Below, piece by piece: positions 1 through 9,607 of a stretch of 64,000 nt of DNA. Source of the DNA: a virus (taxonomy: Duplodnaviria; Caudoviricetes); IMG/VR virus record IMGVR_UViG_2974528200_000001, positions 27,511-91,510 of that record. One strand, written 5' to 3'. The position numbers and the translations under genes were made by a program. Position 1 is the first letter of the stretch; every line of letters begins with the position of its first letter. Below the pieces are notes generated by a model, which had not been told where the DNA came from, made no database searches, and saw nothing but the letters and a program-made list of their open reading frames with translations.

Positions 1-132
1 ATGACCATCGGCGACGGCTCTGCAGAAGAGGCCGATGGAGTGAAGGCTCACCGGAAGCTGGCGACAGCATTCGGAATGATCAAGGACCTCGCCACCGATA
101 CCGGCGTCGACCTCGGGCTAGAGGTGTTCTGA
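1..132 (+). CDS. 3' end of an upstream gene, probably a minor tail protein (partial)
   Basis: Open frame MTIGDGSAEEADGVKAHRKLATAFGMIKDLATDTGVDLGLEVF* ending at 132; lies directly before the lysis cassette. Confidence 0.5.
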   Translation: MTIGDGSAEEADGVKAHRKLATAFGMIKDLATDTGVDLGLEVF

Positions 133-166
133 TTGTCCATCTAGTGTCGAATGGTAGAGTAGATGA

Positions 167-931
167 ATGTATGTCGTAAATCCCTGTAAGCAGTGCGGGG
201 CCGATAGAAACTCGCTTGAGTCCACCGCCGACGCTGCGAAGACCTGTCAGCTATGTCGGCGTGCATATCAATACCGTAGGCGGAGTCAGAGAAAATGCTC
301 CGTCGAGGGGTGCGCCAGGCTCTGTAACAACGTCAGGTTCTGCTACGTGCATGCCAGAGTACAGACCGAAGAGGCCCAAACCTGCAGCGTCAATGATTGC
401 CTCAAGCGTGTTCAGGCGAAGGGGTTGTGCTCCTCGCACTATCAAGCCTCCCGCAGGGAGGCTGTTGCGAAGCGCCGTCGGCAGATCGGATGCAGGGTCA
501 GCGGATGCCCGAAGCCTCTCCTGGCAAAGGGCTTGTGCAAGTCACACTATGACGCCACGAGACGGGAGGAACTCCTCGAGGTGGAGCGCAGGTGGAGGCA
601 GAAGAACCGGGATAAGGTCCGCGAGAAGATCCGCCGTCGCCAAGCCCGAAAACGGGAACTAGACGTGCGAGCAGTTGCTGACCGCGATCTGCTTCGCCTC
701 CGAAACAGGCAACTTGGACGCTGCTTCTACTGTGACGACAGGTTGGCCGCAGGTCAAGAGCATGTCGACCACGTTGTCCCCATGTCCCGCGGTGGAAGAC
801 ATTCCATCGGAAACCTGGTCATCGCCTGCGCGGGATGCAATTGCTCAAAGAGTGACTGGTTTCTCTACGAGTGGAAACTCAACCAAACCACGGGTCGCCC
901 TCTAATCAGGAGGTCACGCGCACCCGTCTAA
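167..931 (+). CDS. HNH endonuclease with tandem N-terminal Cys/His zinc-finger repeats
   Basis: C-terminal CFYC...HVDHVVPMSRGG...NLVIACAGCNCSK HNH motif; repeated C-x4-C-x9-C-x2-H units. Confidence 0.9.
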   Translation: MYVVNPCKQCGADRNSLESTADAAKTCQLCRRAYQYRRRSQRKCSVEGCARLCNNVRFCYVHARVQTEEAQTCSVNDCLKRVQAKGLCSSHYQASRREAVAKRRRQIGCRVSGCPKPLLAKGLCKSHYDATRREELLEVERRWRQKNRDKVREKIRRRQARKRELDVRAVADRDLLRLRNRQLGRCFYCDDRLAAGQEHVDHVVPMSRGGRHSIGNLVIACAGCNCSKSDWFLYEWKLNQTTGRPLIRRSRAPV

Positions 932-955
932 TGTATACTTAGAGGAGACGCGACT

Positions 956-1588
956 ATGGGCGCAATCATCCTGCCCCACACGTATCACGCACAGCAAAAG
1001 GGCTACACCTGCGGTCCGAGCACAGCGAAGGTGGTTCTGTCCACCTACGGCATCTCGGTCACCGAAGCCCAGATGGAACGCGAGTGCGGCACCACGGTCG
1101 ATGGAACCGGTGACGTTCGTCAGATCAACGACGTACTGACCCGCCGCACTGGCCGGCGCTACATCGCGAACTACATGCCAGCAGACCCGCCATCGCGGGC
1201 CCAGAAGGATCTATTCTGGGAGTGTGCGCTCGAGACCATCCGGGACTCGCGCCGCGGAATGCCGGTCAACGTTTGGGCTCCGGCCAATAACCACCCACCT
1301 GGCTATCCGAATTATCTTGTCCAGCACTACATCACCGGGGTGGGGATCAACGAGGCCGAGCGCCTCATCTACATCTCAGATTCGGCGAGATTCGGTGGCA
1401 TCGAACACTACTGGATCGGTGCAGACCGCCTCTGCACCATGATCACCCCCAAGGGCTACGGCACTCTCGCCGAGCCGACGCCGCCGCCGTCGAAGAACTC
1501 CTTCGCCAACTTCACCGACGCCCAGATGCGTCTTGTCATCGCCGCCGCGCACCAGGTGGGTAATCCACACACAGGGAGCCTCGCATGA
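956..1588 (+). CDS. Lysin A part 1, C39-like cysteine peptidase
   Basis: Q-x5-CGP motif (AQQKGYTCGPST), HY...D catalytic pattern; first gene of the lysis cassette; GGAG SD. Confidence 0.75.
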   Translation: MGAIILPHTYHAQQKGYTCGPSTAKVVLSTYGISVTEAQMERECGTTVDGTGDVRQINDVLTRRTGRRYIANYMPADPPSRAQKDLFWECALETIRDSRRGMPVNVWAPANNHPPGYPNYLVQHYITGVGINEAERLIYISDSARFGGIEHYWIGADRLCTMITPKGYGTLAEPTPPPSKNSFANFTDAQMRLVIAAAHQVGNPHTGSLA

Positions 1589-2508
1589 GTTTTCGCAGGA
1601 TCTACGGCCTGGACTGGTCGGAAAACGGCTGGCGCATGTGCAACTCGGACGAGACCGTCGTTGTCGATGTAGCCGGCATGCGGGTTCGTGTCCGAGCCGG
1701 ATACGCCGCAGAGGTTCTCGGTGCATGGATGCGCTGGTACCACGAGAACGTCGAGCGTGTCGACCTGTACAAGCCCCTCGACGACTGGGGTTGGTCGGCC
1801 ACCAATGACGTGGCCAGTTCAAACCACCTGTCGGGTACCGCGATCGACATCAATGCCACCCAGTACCCCTGGGGTGCGCGCGTCATGCCGGCGGCACGCA
1901 AGGCCAAGATTCGCGAGGGCCTCAAGCTCTTCGAGGGCAACATCTTCTGGGGTGCGGACTGGTCGCGAGCCGACGAGATGCACTACCAGCTCAACAGTGG
2001 AACCGCCAGTGGCACCGGCGCTTCCCAGAAACTCATCGACTTCTGCAACCGGCGGATCCGAAACGGACGCCTGGTTGCTGAGCAACCACACAAGGAGGAC
2101 GGCCTCATGGCTGAGATTTCGAAGGACGACGCCACCAAGATCGTCGGAGCAGCAATTCAGATGGGCGAGGCCCACAACAGCAATGGCGCGAAGAACGCGG
2201 ACGACCGAACCGTCGGCCCGCGCGAACTTCGCCACCCCGACTTCTACAACGTGGCTGGCAACGAACGCCTGCGCAAGGCGGGCAAGAAGCTCGCCTACAT
2301 CCGCGCGATGCTCATGGACGTCTGGAACGAGCTCGTCTTCGACGGCTACGTCGCCGAAGTCCACGACCCGCGGCTCGACCAGGGCAAGTTCGGTTCCCCG
2401 GTTGGCTTCATCATCGCCGCCCACGCCAACGCGCGCGAGGCAAACCTCATCGCACAGCGCGTCGCCGAGAAGCTCGGCGTCGACATCTCCGACATCACCA
2501 AGGACTGA
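1585..2508 (+). CDS. Lysin A part 2, M15-family (L-Ala-D-Glu) zinc peptidase
   Basis: SNHLSGTAIDIN and DEMHYQL motifs; SENGW N-terminus typical of actinophage LysA. Confidence 0.85.
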   Translation: MSFRRIYGLDWSENGWRMCNSDETVVVDVAGMRVRVRAGYAAEVLGAWMRWYHENVERVDLYKPLDDWGWSATNDVASSNHLSGTAIDINATQYPWGARVMPAARKAKIREGLKLFEGNIFWGADWSRADEMHYQLNSGTASGTGASQKLIDFCNRRIRNGRLVAEQPHKEDGLMAEISKDDATKIVGAAIQMGEAHNSNGAKNADDRTVGPRELRHPDFYNVAGNERLRKAGKKLAYIRAMLMDVWNELVFDGYVAEVHDPRLDQGKFGSPVGFIIAAHANAREANLIAQRVAEKLGVDISDITKD

Positions 2509-2514
2509 CATCAC

Positions 2515-2922
2515 ATGAATCTGTTCAACATTCGCTCCTGGTCCGACGTCCGGGCATTCCTCTATGTCATCCTGCCGGTACTGAGCTCGTTCCTGGTCAC
2601 CAATGGCACCCTCACCGAGAACGAGGCATCCCTGTGGACTGGTCTGGTCACCGCGATCCTTGGGCCGGTGATCGCCTTCGCCATGACCCGCGGTGTGAGC
2701 GGCTTCCGAACAGCGTTCTATGCGCTGCTCGGTGCCGGCCAGGCACTACTCGTCGGCTACGGCATCTGGACCGGCGCTGAGCTCGATGCCTGGATGCCAC
2801 TGATCTCAACCCTCATCGGCGCTGGCGCTGGCGGTGTGGCCGTTTCGAACACCCCGGTCACCACGCTGTTCAGCCACGGTCAGCTCGAGGCTGAGGCTGA
2901 GAAGGCACCTGTAGTCAGGTGA
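2515..2922 (+). CDS. Holin
   Basis: About four hydrophobic segments; immediately after the lysin genes. Confidence 0.8.
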   Translation: MNLFNIRSWSDVRAFLYVILPVLSSFLVTNGTLTENEASLWTGLVTAILGPVIAFAMTRGVSGFRTAFYALLGAGQALLVGYGIWTGAELDAWMPLISTLIGAGAGGVAVSNTPVTTLFSHGQLEAEAEKAPVVR

Positions 2923-3221
2923 GCGCGTGGGCACCCGAGACGTGGAACGACGTAGGCGTCGTTGCCTTCATGATCGTTGTTCTCGGGTTCCATGCACTCA
3001 GCTTCATCCGCGGATGGCTGGTGCTGGGCCCGAGCCACAAGGAGATTGTCTCCGAGAAGGACCGAGCCCTCACCAAGGCCGATGCCCTGATCGAGAAGCT
3101 CACCGAAACCAACGCCATTCAGGCGCAGACGATCGCCGAGGCTGCTGCTCGAGCACAGGTCACCGACCATGTGCTGCAGTCAATTCGGGATGTGTACGAA
3201 CGGCGAATGGGTGATTCATGA
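2919..3221 (+). CDS. Lysis-cassette membrane protein (1 TM plus coiled coil)
   Basis: N-terminal TM segment followed by RGWLV and a helical tail; overlaps holin stop. Confidence 0.65.
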   Translation: MSAWAPETWNDVGVVAFMIVVLGFHALSFIRGWLVLGPSHKEIVSEKDRALTKADALIEKLTETNAIQAQTIAEAAARAQVTDHVLQSIRDVYERRMGDS

Positions 3222-3433
3222 GGTCCCCATTCCGTCGCGATCATCGCGAACTGGCTGCAGCCAAGCAGCAGGCCGACAAGTACGAAGAGGCTGAGAAGCG
3301 GGCCGAACTCGAGCTCGCACGAGCCGAGGCGGTCCACGTGGAGACCCGCAAAACCAATGAGCGGATCCGCCGCGCACACCTAGAGAAGAACGGCTTCACC
3401 GAGATGCTCCAAGCCGCATGGGGGACAGCATGA
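3218..3433 (+). CDS. Small lysis-cassette protein
   Basis: ATGA overlap with the previous gene; helical, ends in NGFTEML. Confidence 0.6.
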   Translation: MRSPFRRDHRELAAAKQQADKYEEAEKRAELELARAEAVHVETRKTNERIRRAHLEKNGFTEMLQAAWGTA

Positions 3434-3849
3434 GACGCCTAGACCCCACCTCCTGGCTGGTTTCCGCGTACACGTGGATCCTCGTCCTGGCCCTGTCTCA
3501 GTTCATGCCGACCGACTCGGTGCGCGCCTGGGGCGACATCTCCCTGGTGGTGATGACCATCATGGTCGTGACCTTCACCGTGTTCTACGCCACCCGATCC
3601 CCGTTCTGGAAGAACAGGATTGGCTGGATCTTCATGGCCAAGGGACTGTTCCTGTCCGCGGTCCTCGCTCAGGTTTCCATGTCCGTAGTGTCATCCACCG
3701 GCCCTGGCGCGGACTACTACCCAGGTCGCGACTATGTCCGACTCTTCATCTACGCCGGCGGTGCCATTGCATACGCAGTGATGCTCGCCGCACTGCTGCA
3801 CATGCAGCGACGTGACCGCATCATCCATCGCCTCCACAAGGATAGCTAA
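3430..3849 (+). CDS. Multi-TM membrane protein (holin-like)
   Basis: Four hydrophobic segments; ATGA overlap. Confidence 0.65.
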   Translation: MRRLDPTSWLVSAYTWILVLALSQFMPTDSVRAWGDISLVVMTIMVVTFTVFYATRSPFWKNRIGWIFMAKGLFLSAVLAQVSMSVVSSTGPGADYYPGRDYVRLFIYAGGAIAYAVMLAALLHMQRRDRIIHRLHKDS

Positions 3850-4928
3850 TGCCCTCCTACAATGACCTTTTCGGTGACCCGGTAGACGTTCTGCACCCTG
3901 CCATTCGTGTCTACGCAGTCGACGACAACGAAGACCTGCCGCTGCGTCATATCTCCATCTCGGTAACGCCGGGGGAGGGGATCATGGAGCTTCCCCGCGG
4001 CCAGAAGGGCGATCCGGGCCAGAAGGGCGAGCCGGCCACCCCGTTCCTGCACATGGGTGACCGCAGCGCATCGCACATCTCGGCACTGCAGCTGGGCCCG
4101 GACGACGCCGGCAAGGCCTACCGCAACACCGACACCAACGACATGCACTACTGGTCGGGTAGCTACTGGGTGGTCTTCCAGGACGCATTCGGTGCCCAGG
4201 GGCCCGTCGGCCCTCCCGGTGCGATCACCTCAGTCTCCATCGAGCACCTCGACAAGGATGACGACCCGGTCGCGAGCATCACCGGATCACCCGGCAACCA
4301 GAGCCTGCACCTCGGCATCCCCGCGATTCCCGGCCCCAAGGGCGACGTCGGTCCGTCTGCAGCCATCGAAACCGCCGCGGACTACGACAACACCACCCAG
4401 CCTGAAGATGGCGCGGTTCTGACGTATAATGAAACTACGGGCCTCTGGTACCCCGGTGCCGGTCCGCAGGTTCGGCACTACTCGCTCCCGAGTGGCGCAT
4501 TCTCCAACACTGGAGCCCAGCTCACCTCGAGCCACCAGCTTCTCGCCGAACTGCCGCTGGACCCGCTGCCGTTCGACACCGCGGTCTACGTCACCGGCCA
4601 CTTCCTGATGAACCAGTTCAACACGTCGCAGATGGCCATCGAAGCCCGAGTCGGCGGAACCGGTGCATCAAGCGACGGCGTCACGGTCGCCAAGGGCATC
4701 GCACTTCCGGGCATCGGCGACCAGTTCATCACTCTGACACCACACTTCAGCACCAACGCGAGCCCGAACACGTCGACCGCCCCCAGTGGCTACGTCGGCA
4801 TCATCCCCGCCAACCACACCGGCAATGCGGGCAAGATCTACGTCGTCGTCTCCCGAGTCGGCGGCATCGGCGCGTGGGAGGTCAAGGCTTCCCATGCCCA
4901 ACTGTCCGTCCTTCGCCATCCCGCCTGA
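3849..4928 (+). CDS. Minor tail protein with collagen-like G-x-y repeats
   Basis: GQKGDPGQKGEP and GAQGPVGPPG repeats; tail region context. Confidence 0.75.
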   Translation: MPSYNDLFGDPVDVLHPAIRVYAVDDNEDLPLRHISISVTPGEGIMELPRGQKGDPGQKGEPATPFLHMGDRSASHISALQLGPDDAGKAYRNTDTNDMHYWSGSYWVVFQDAFGAQGPVGPPGAITSVSIEHLDKDDDPVASITGSPGNQSLHLGIPAIPGPKGDVGPSAAIETAADYDNTTQPEDGAVLTYNETTGLWYPGAGPQVRHYSLPSGAFSNTGAQLTSSHQLLAELPLDPLPFDTAVYVTGHFLMNQFNTSQMAIEARVGGTGASSDGVTVAKGIALPGIGDQFITLTPHFSTNASPNTSTAPSGYVGIIPANHTGNAGKIYVVVSRVGGIGAWEVKASHAQLSVLRHPA

Positions 4929-4955
4929 CCTTTCTAGCCTCCAAGGAGATATTAG

Positions 4956-6764
4956 TTGAACGAGGACAATAAGCACCTCGTCAGTCAGATCTTCGAGTGG
5001 CTCAACTTCAGTGATGACATCATTGATCTGCTCGAGTTCATCGGCGACCTGCAGGAGTGGGTCGAGGCTGTCCTGAGGGCTCTCGGTGGCAACTTCGGGC
5101 CCTTGTCGGCCCTGGTCAGCGAGCTGATTGAGAATGCACCGCCGCGGTGGGCGTGGATCGGAAACCTGGCCAACTGGAACCCGATCGGTGATCTGATTGC
5201 CGGCCTGCAGACGATGCTCAACCAGATTGGTGAGATCGTCCGCGGTGTCATTGTCACCCCGATCAACAACATGGTGTCCAACTTCAAGGACTGGTTCCTG
5301 GGGCTGGTCGGTTGGCAGAGCAACACGAGCAACAAGCACCAGGAGCTCACCAACATGGTGTGGCAGGGTGCAACCACCCAGCCCATCGAGGAGAACCTCA
5401 CCGAACAGCAGGTCAAGGACGCCGTCGCGGCCCTCAAGGCACGCTCAGAAGCCTTGCAGCGCGAGAACGAACTCCGCTACTCGACCGCGGTTCCGTTGTG
5501 GCAGGGCCTGATTCCCGGTGGCGACGTCACCTGCGACGTCAATACCGTCAGCGTCCGCGACAACTGGAACATCGCCGTCAGCGGGTCGAGCGGCGGCACC
5601 GCGGCACACACACACTCCGCGGGTAGCTACTCGGTGGACCTTGCCCTCGGCAACGTCTCAGCCATCACCGCAAACGCCGACACGGCATATGTCGGCCCGT
5701 TTGCCACCTTCCGCGCGCGCTCCGACGTGGGCCGTAACGTGGGCACCTTCCTGGCTCGCGGCCTCGGTTCCCTCACCGACGCACGGCTGAGTCTGTGGAC
5801 CTATGACTACGAGAACGACCGCTGGATGTGTGTCCTCGTATCCAACAACTTCGTATCCCAAGTGGGCCTGGACTACGGCTGGGTTGATGCCACTTTCCCT
5901 GAGGAGTACACGCCGTCCGTGGGTGAACTCATGGGCGTCATGTGGACAGCCAGTGGCACCGGAAACATGATGGTGGCGTGCTCCTTTGGCTCCGGTGACG
6001 CCATCGGCAACTGGGCGATTCCGAAGTACCACAGCGTCCCCTACGGCACCACCGTGAATGTCGGCCTCACCAGCGCGCCGGCGCGCGGCTTGACGGTCAC
6101 CCTCAACAGCAGCCAGCCCTGGCGTATCGGGCGCACCCCGTTCTGCCAGATCGCACCCGACCTCGGCCAGGTCGTCACCCCGCCACCCCAGTACTGGTTC
6201 GACGACTTCAACACCAACAACAGCGCCGCCTACACCCTTGGCGGTGGCGCGAAGCTCAAGAACGGCCAGTTCGCCTACAACGGTGGCGGCGACGGCGTTC
6301 AGTACATCATCTACAAGGGTCAGATGGCGACCGACAAGATGGCGGTCGAAGCAACCATCAGCGGCACGGGTGTTCCGACGAACCAGCTCCGCATGCACTG
6401 CACCACCAACGGCACCAGCGGCGTGTCCCTGGTCATCAACGGCACGGGCACCGGCAACAACAGCGCCATGCTCACGTATGTTTCCGCCTCTAATCCAGCC
6501 GGATTGACTGAAGTGAAGAGGGCTTCTGACAACCCGAACACCTACGGGCCGGGTCGCTGGCGAATCGAATTCGACCCCGACACGGTCACGTACACCATCA
6601 CCAAGGGAGGCAACTTCATCCTGGACTGGGCTGACCCAACCAACCTCGCACAGCGTGGAAAGGGTAAGCGCACAGGCGGTCTCGGCATCCAGCACGCACT
6701 GTTCCTGAACGGTGGCACGTGGGATGACCTCCTCATCTACGACATCGACCAAGAAGTCGAATAA
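4956..6764 (+). CDS. Minor tail protein
   Basis: 602 aa; helical N-terminus and beta-rich Gly/Thr/Asn C-terminal lectin-like region (WFDDFN...WDD). Confidence 0.7.
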   Translation: MNEDNKHLVSQIFEWLNFSDDIIDLLEFIGDLQEWVEAVLRALGGNFGPLSALVSELIENAPPRWAWIGNLANWNPIGDLIAGLQTMLNQIGEIVRGVIVTPINNMVSNFKDWFLGLVGWQSNTSNKHQELTNMVWQGATTQPIEENLTEQQVKDAVAALKARSEALQRENELRYSTAVPLWQGLIPGGDVTCDVNTVSVRDNWNIAVSGSSGGTAAHTHSAGSYSVDLALGNVSAITANADTAYVGPFATFRARSDVGRNVGTFLARGLGSLTDARLSLWTYDYENDRWMCVLVSNNFVSQVGLDYGWVDATFPEEYTPSVGELMGVMWTASGTGNMMVACSFGSGDAIGNWAIPKYHSVPYGTTVNVGLTSAPARGLTVTLNSSQPWRIGRTPFCQIAPDLGQVVTPPPQYWFDDFNTNNSAAYTLGGGAKLKNGQFAYNGGGDGVQYIIYKGQMATDKMAVEATISGTGVPTNQLRMHCTTNGTSGVSLVINGTGTGNNSAMLTYVSASNPAGLTEVKRASDNPNTYGPGRWRIEFDPDTVTYTITKGGNFILDWADPTNLAQRGKGKRTGGLGIQHALFLNGGTWDDLLIYDIDQEVE

Positions 6765-6773
6765 GGAAACACC

Positions 6774-7487
6774 ATGGCAGACATCACCTATCAGCACGTC
6801 ACCGCTGAGTGGACCCACCTCATTGAGGATGGCATGGTCGACCTCGACGGCAACCCGGATGAGGTCGGCGTCACCGGCAATGTGCGGTTCATCCCCACGA
6901 TCGACAAGAGCGCCCCGGCCTACCCGACGGGTGACCCGACTCGTTCGGTCACGCTGGCAGAGATTCCCGGTATCGTCGCCAATGGTGTTCTCGAGGACTC
7001 TCAGGGCCGCGAGGGCGTGTGGCTGGCTGCGACCATCGGTGGCCGTCCGATCCAGTGGACTGCACAGCTGAATCTGCGCCACAACAACACGGTCATCAAG
7101 ACCCGCGACATCACGTTCATGCCACCGGAATCTGGCACCGAGCTGCGCCTGAATGATGTCGCCGAGGACCCGGACATCGACTGGGGCGGCAACCGTCCCA
7201 CGCCGCGTGTCGACATCAACCTGCCCACGATCGGCGACTATGTCTACACCTACACGCTGTCGACCGGCACCTTCGACCCGGACGCCGAACTGTTCTACGT
7301 GTTCGGCCTTGACGACCCGACCCGCTGGGACTTCGACATCGACGAAGACGTGGCCAGCATCCACAAGGTGGGCACCGCCGTCGCTGAAATCGAGGCCGGA
7401 ACCCGATACTGGCTGATGCTCAAGGAATCCGTCACAGCCCCGACCATCGAACTCCAGACCGGCATCGTCAAGAAGGTGATGTTCTGA
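6774..7487 (+). CDS. Minor tail protein
   Basis: D..PD...VTG.V.F.P motif typical of actinophage tail accessory proteins. Confidence 0.65.
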   Translation: MADITYQHVTAEWTHLIEDGMVDLDGNPDEVGVTGNVRFIPTIDKSAPAYPTGDPTRSVTLAEIPGIVANGVLEDSQGREGVWLAATIGGRPIQWTAQLNLRHNNTVIKTRDITFMPPESGTELRLNDVAEDPDIDWGGNRPTPRVDINLPTIGDYVYTYTLSTGTFDPDAELFYVFGLDDPTRWDFDIDEDVASIHKVGTAVAEIEAGTRYWLMLKESVTAPTIELQTGIVKKVMF

Positions 7488-9607
7488 TGAAGCTCATCGG
7501 TTCTGACGGCAAGCACGTCAAGGTACTGACCAACCCGTCCGAGGCGCTCGACTTCGCGAAACACGGCTCGGCACAGTTCATTCCGGTTGAAGGCGTCCGC
7601 GGACCAGAGGGGCCAGCTGGGCCACAGGGTCCACCTGTGTCGGTGTCCATTGCCTCCCGTTCCGCCGACGCGCAGCCGACGACATACCCCGAGGGTATCT
7701 CCATTATGGAGGTTGGGAATGACGCCTCGTGGCCGGTGCAGTTTGCCACGGTGGAGACTGTTCGTTTTGGTGTTAACCGTTCGTTTCAGACGATTGTTGA
7801 GCGGACGACCGCCAAGTCTTATCGCCGTACTCCGCAGGGTTCCGATAATGGTTGGAACGCTTGGGTCGAGTGGGGTGCTAAGGGCGATAAGGGCGATAAG
7901 GGCGATACGGGTAGCGTTGGTCTGACTGGTGCGACCGGCCCCGCGAACACGCTTAGCGTGGGCACTGTCGCTAAGGGCAGTGATGCTGTAGTTACGATTA
8001 CTGGTTCGGCTCCGAATCAGGTTTTGAATGTGACGTTGCCTAAGGGCGATAAGGGCGATAAGGGCGATCAGGGTATCCAGGGCGTTAAGGGTGATCCGGG
8101 TGATGTGTCGTTGGCGCAGATGAACTCGGCGCTAGCGTTGAAAGCGAACGCTTACGAGAATGGCACCCTGCTTGTTGGCGGCAGCTATCAGGGTGCACTT
8201 TACACGCATCCGGAGAATGCGGCGTTTGTAAATATCCCGCACCTTTACAACGATTGGGCGTATTTGCTGAATCGTGGCGGGTCGGTTACGTTTACCCGCA
8301 ATGGCGTTCCGGTCACGCCGAGCAATCCGCAGAACCTTTTTACCCCCGACGTAGGGGTATGTACCTTACCTGTCACTTCTACTAGCGACGTGTTTGTCAT
8401 TGAAGTGACGCTGGATACGTCTTACCCATACACTAACATTGTTAGCTTGGTGTCCCCGTCGTGGATCAGCGCGAAGGATTGCAAGATCGAGTGGTTTCGA
8501 TCTACTGATTCGACATGGGTTACGGCGCTGGATGCCACGAGTCGAGTTAACGGACTCTTTCAGGCCAATTGCTCTGCGAGTAGCGAGGGTACGTCGAAGG
8601 TTAGGTTTACGCTCACTAATCTGATGACGACTAGTGGCCCGTTGCGTATTACGCAGATTGCAAACTCGGCTTACAATGGCAAGCTCGCGTCTGGCCCGTT
8701 TATTCCTAGGGGCGGCGGCACTCTCTATGGGCCGCTGTCTTACAGTTCCGATCCGGTTGCGGCTAATGATTTGGCACGTAAGAGCTATGTGGACACCCAA
8801 GTTCAGACTCGCGTCCCTAAGGCCACGGGCACGACCCGCGTGTATGTGCGTGACGGTAACGGTAACGAGAACACCATTGCGTACTCGGTTGATCCGACTG
8901 GGGATGCGATTGTGCGTCGTGGAGGGAACTCGCAGATTGCAGTGCCCCTTGTTCCTACTGCGGATAGTCACGCCACCCCTAAGAAGTATGTGGACGACCA
9001 GGTTGCTACTCGTCAGGTCGCCTCTGAGAAGGGGCAGGCTAACGGCTACGCATCTCTTGATGCTGGTGGCAAGGTTCCCATTACTCAGCTCCCGTCGTCG
9101 ATCATGGAATACCAGGGCACCTACAACCCTGCAACGAACACTCCGAATCTGGTTGACGGAACCGGCAATACGGGCGACGTCTACAAGATTGCCACCGACG
9201 GCACCCGCAACTTCGGTTCGGGCAATATCGCCTTCAATGCCGGCGACTATGTCATCTATAATGGATCTAAGTGGGAGAAGTCGGACACCACCGACGCCGT
9301 CACTTCGGTCGCCGGCAAGACGGGCGCGGTGTCTCTCGTCAAGGGTGACGTCGGTCTGGGTAACGTCGACAACACCAGCGACCTGAATAAGCCGATCTCG
9401 ACGGCCACCCAAACAGCACTCGACGGCAAGGCCAACGCGAGTCACACGCACACCGCGGCAGACCTCCCCACCATCGAAAAGTCCAAGCTGTCCAGTGCGG
9501 TCCAGGCCTCACTCGACAAGGCCGACACCGCCAAGCAGGAGAGTGACATCATCTTCGGCCCATTGCCCGAGACCGGCGTGGCCGGCAAGCTCTACGTGGT
9601 GCCCTGA
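7487..9607 (+). CDS. Tail fibre-like protein with collagen repeats
   Basis: KGDKGDKGD repeats, A.K.YVD repeats, KGQANGYASLDAGGKVP and VGLGNVDNTSD.NKP fibre motifs. Confidence 0.8.
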   Translation: MKLIGSDGKHVKVLTNPSEALDFAKHGSAQFIPVEGVRGPEGPAGPQGPPVSVSIASRSADAQPTTYPEGISIMEVGNDASWPVQFATVETVRFGVNRSFQTIVERTTAKSYRRTPQGSDNGWNAWVEWGAKGDKGDKGDTGSVGLTGATGPANTLSVGTVAKGSDAVVTITGSAPNQVLNVTLPKGDKGDKGDQGIQGVKGDPGDVSLAQMNSALALKANAYENGTLLVGGSYQGALYTHPENAAFVNIPHLYNDWAYLLNRGGSVTFTRNGVPVTPSNPQNLFTPDVGVCTLPVTSTSDVFVIEVTLDTSYPYTNIVSLVSPSWISAKDCKIEWFRSTDSTWVTALDATSRVNGLFQANCSASSEGTSKVRFTLTNLMTTSGPLRITQIANSAYNGKLASGPFIPRGGGTLYGPLSYSSDPVAANDLARKSYVDTQVQTRVPKATGTTRVYVRDGNGNENTIAYSVDPTGDAIVRRGGNSQIAVPLVPTADSHATPKKYVDDQVATRQVASEKGQANGYASLDAGGKVPITQLPSSIMEYQGTYNPATNTPNLVDGTGNTGDVYKIATDGTRNFGSGNIAFNAGDYVIYNGSKWEKSDTTDAVTSVAGKTGAVSLVKGDVGLGNVDNTSDLNKPISTATQTALDGKANASHTHTAADLPTIEKSKLSSAVQASLDKADTAKQESDIIFGPLPETGVAGKLYVVP

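Noticed and set aside
5658-7364. 568-aa minus-strand ORF, and similar long antisense ORFs at 8366-9451, 32789-33703, 35705-37060, 42033-43109, 44777-45907 and 53006-54115
   Set aside because: Shadow frames of real genes in high-GC DNA; no SD, no motifs, and they fully overlap better-supported genes
7880-8070. AAGGGCGAT tandem repeats
   Set aside because: They simply encode collagen-like KGD triplets
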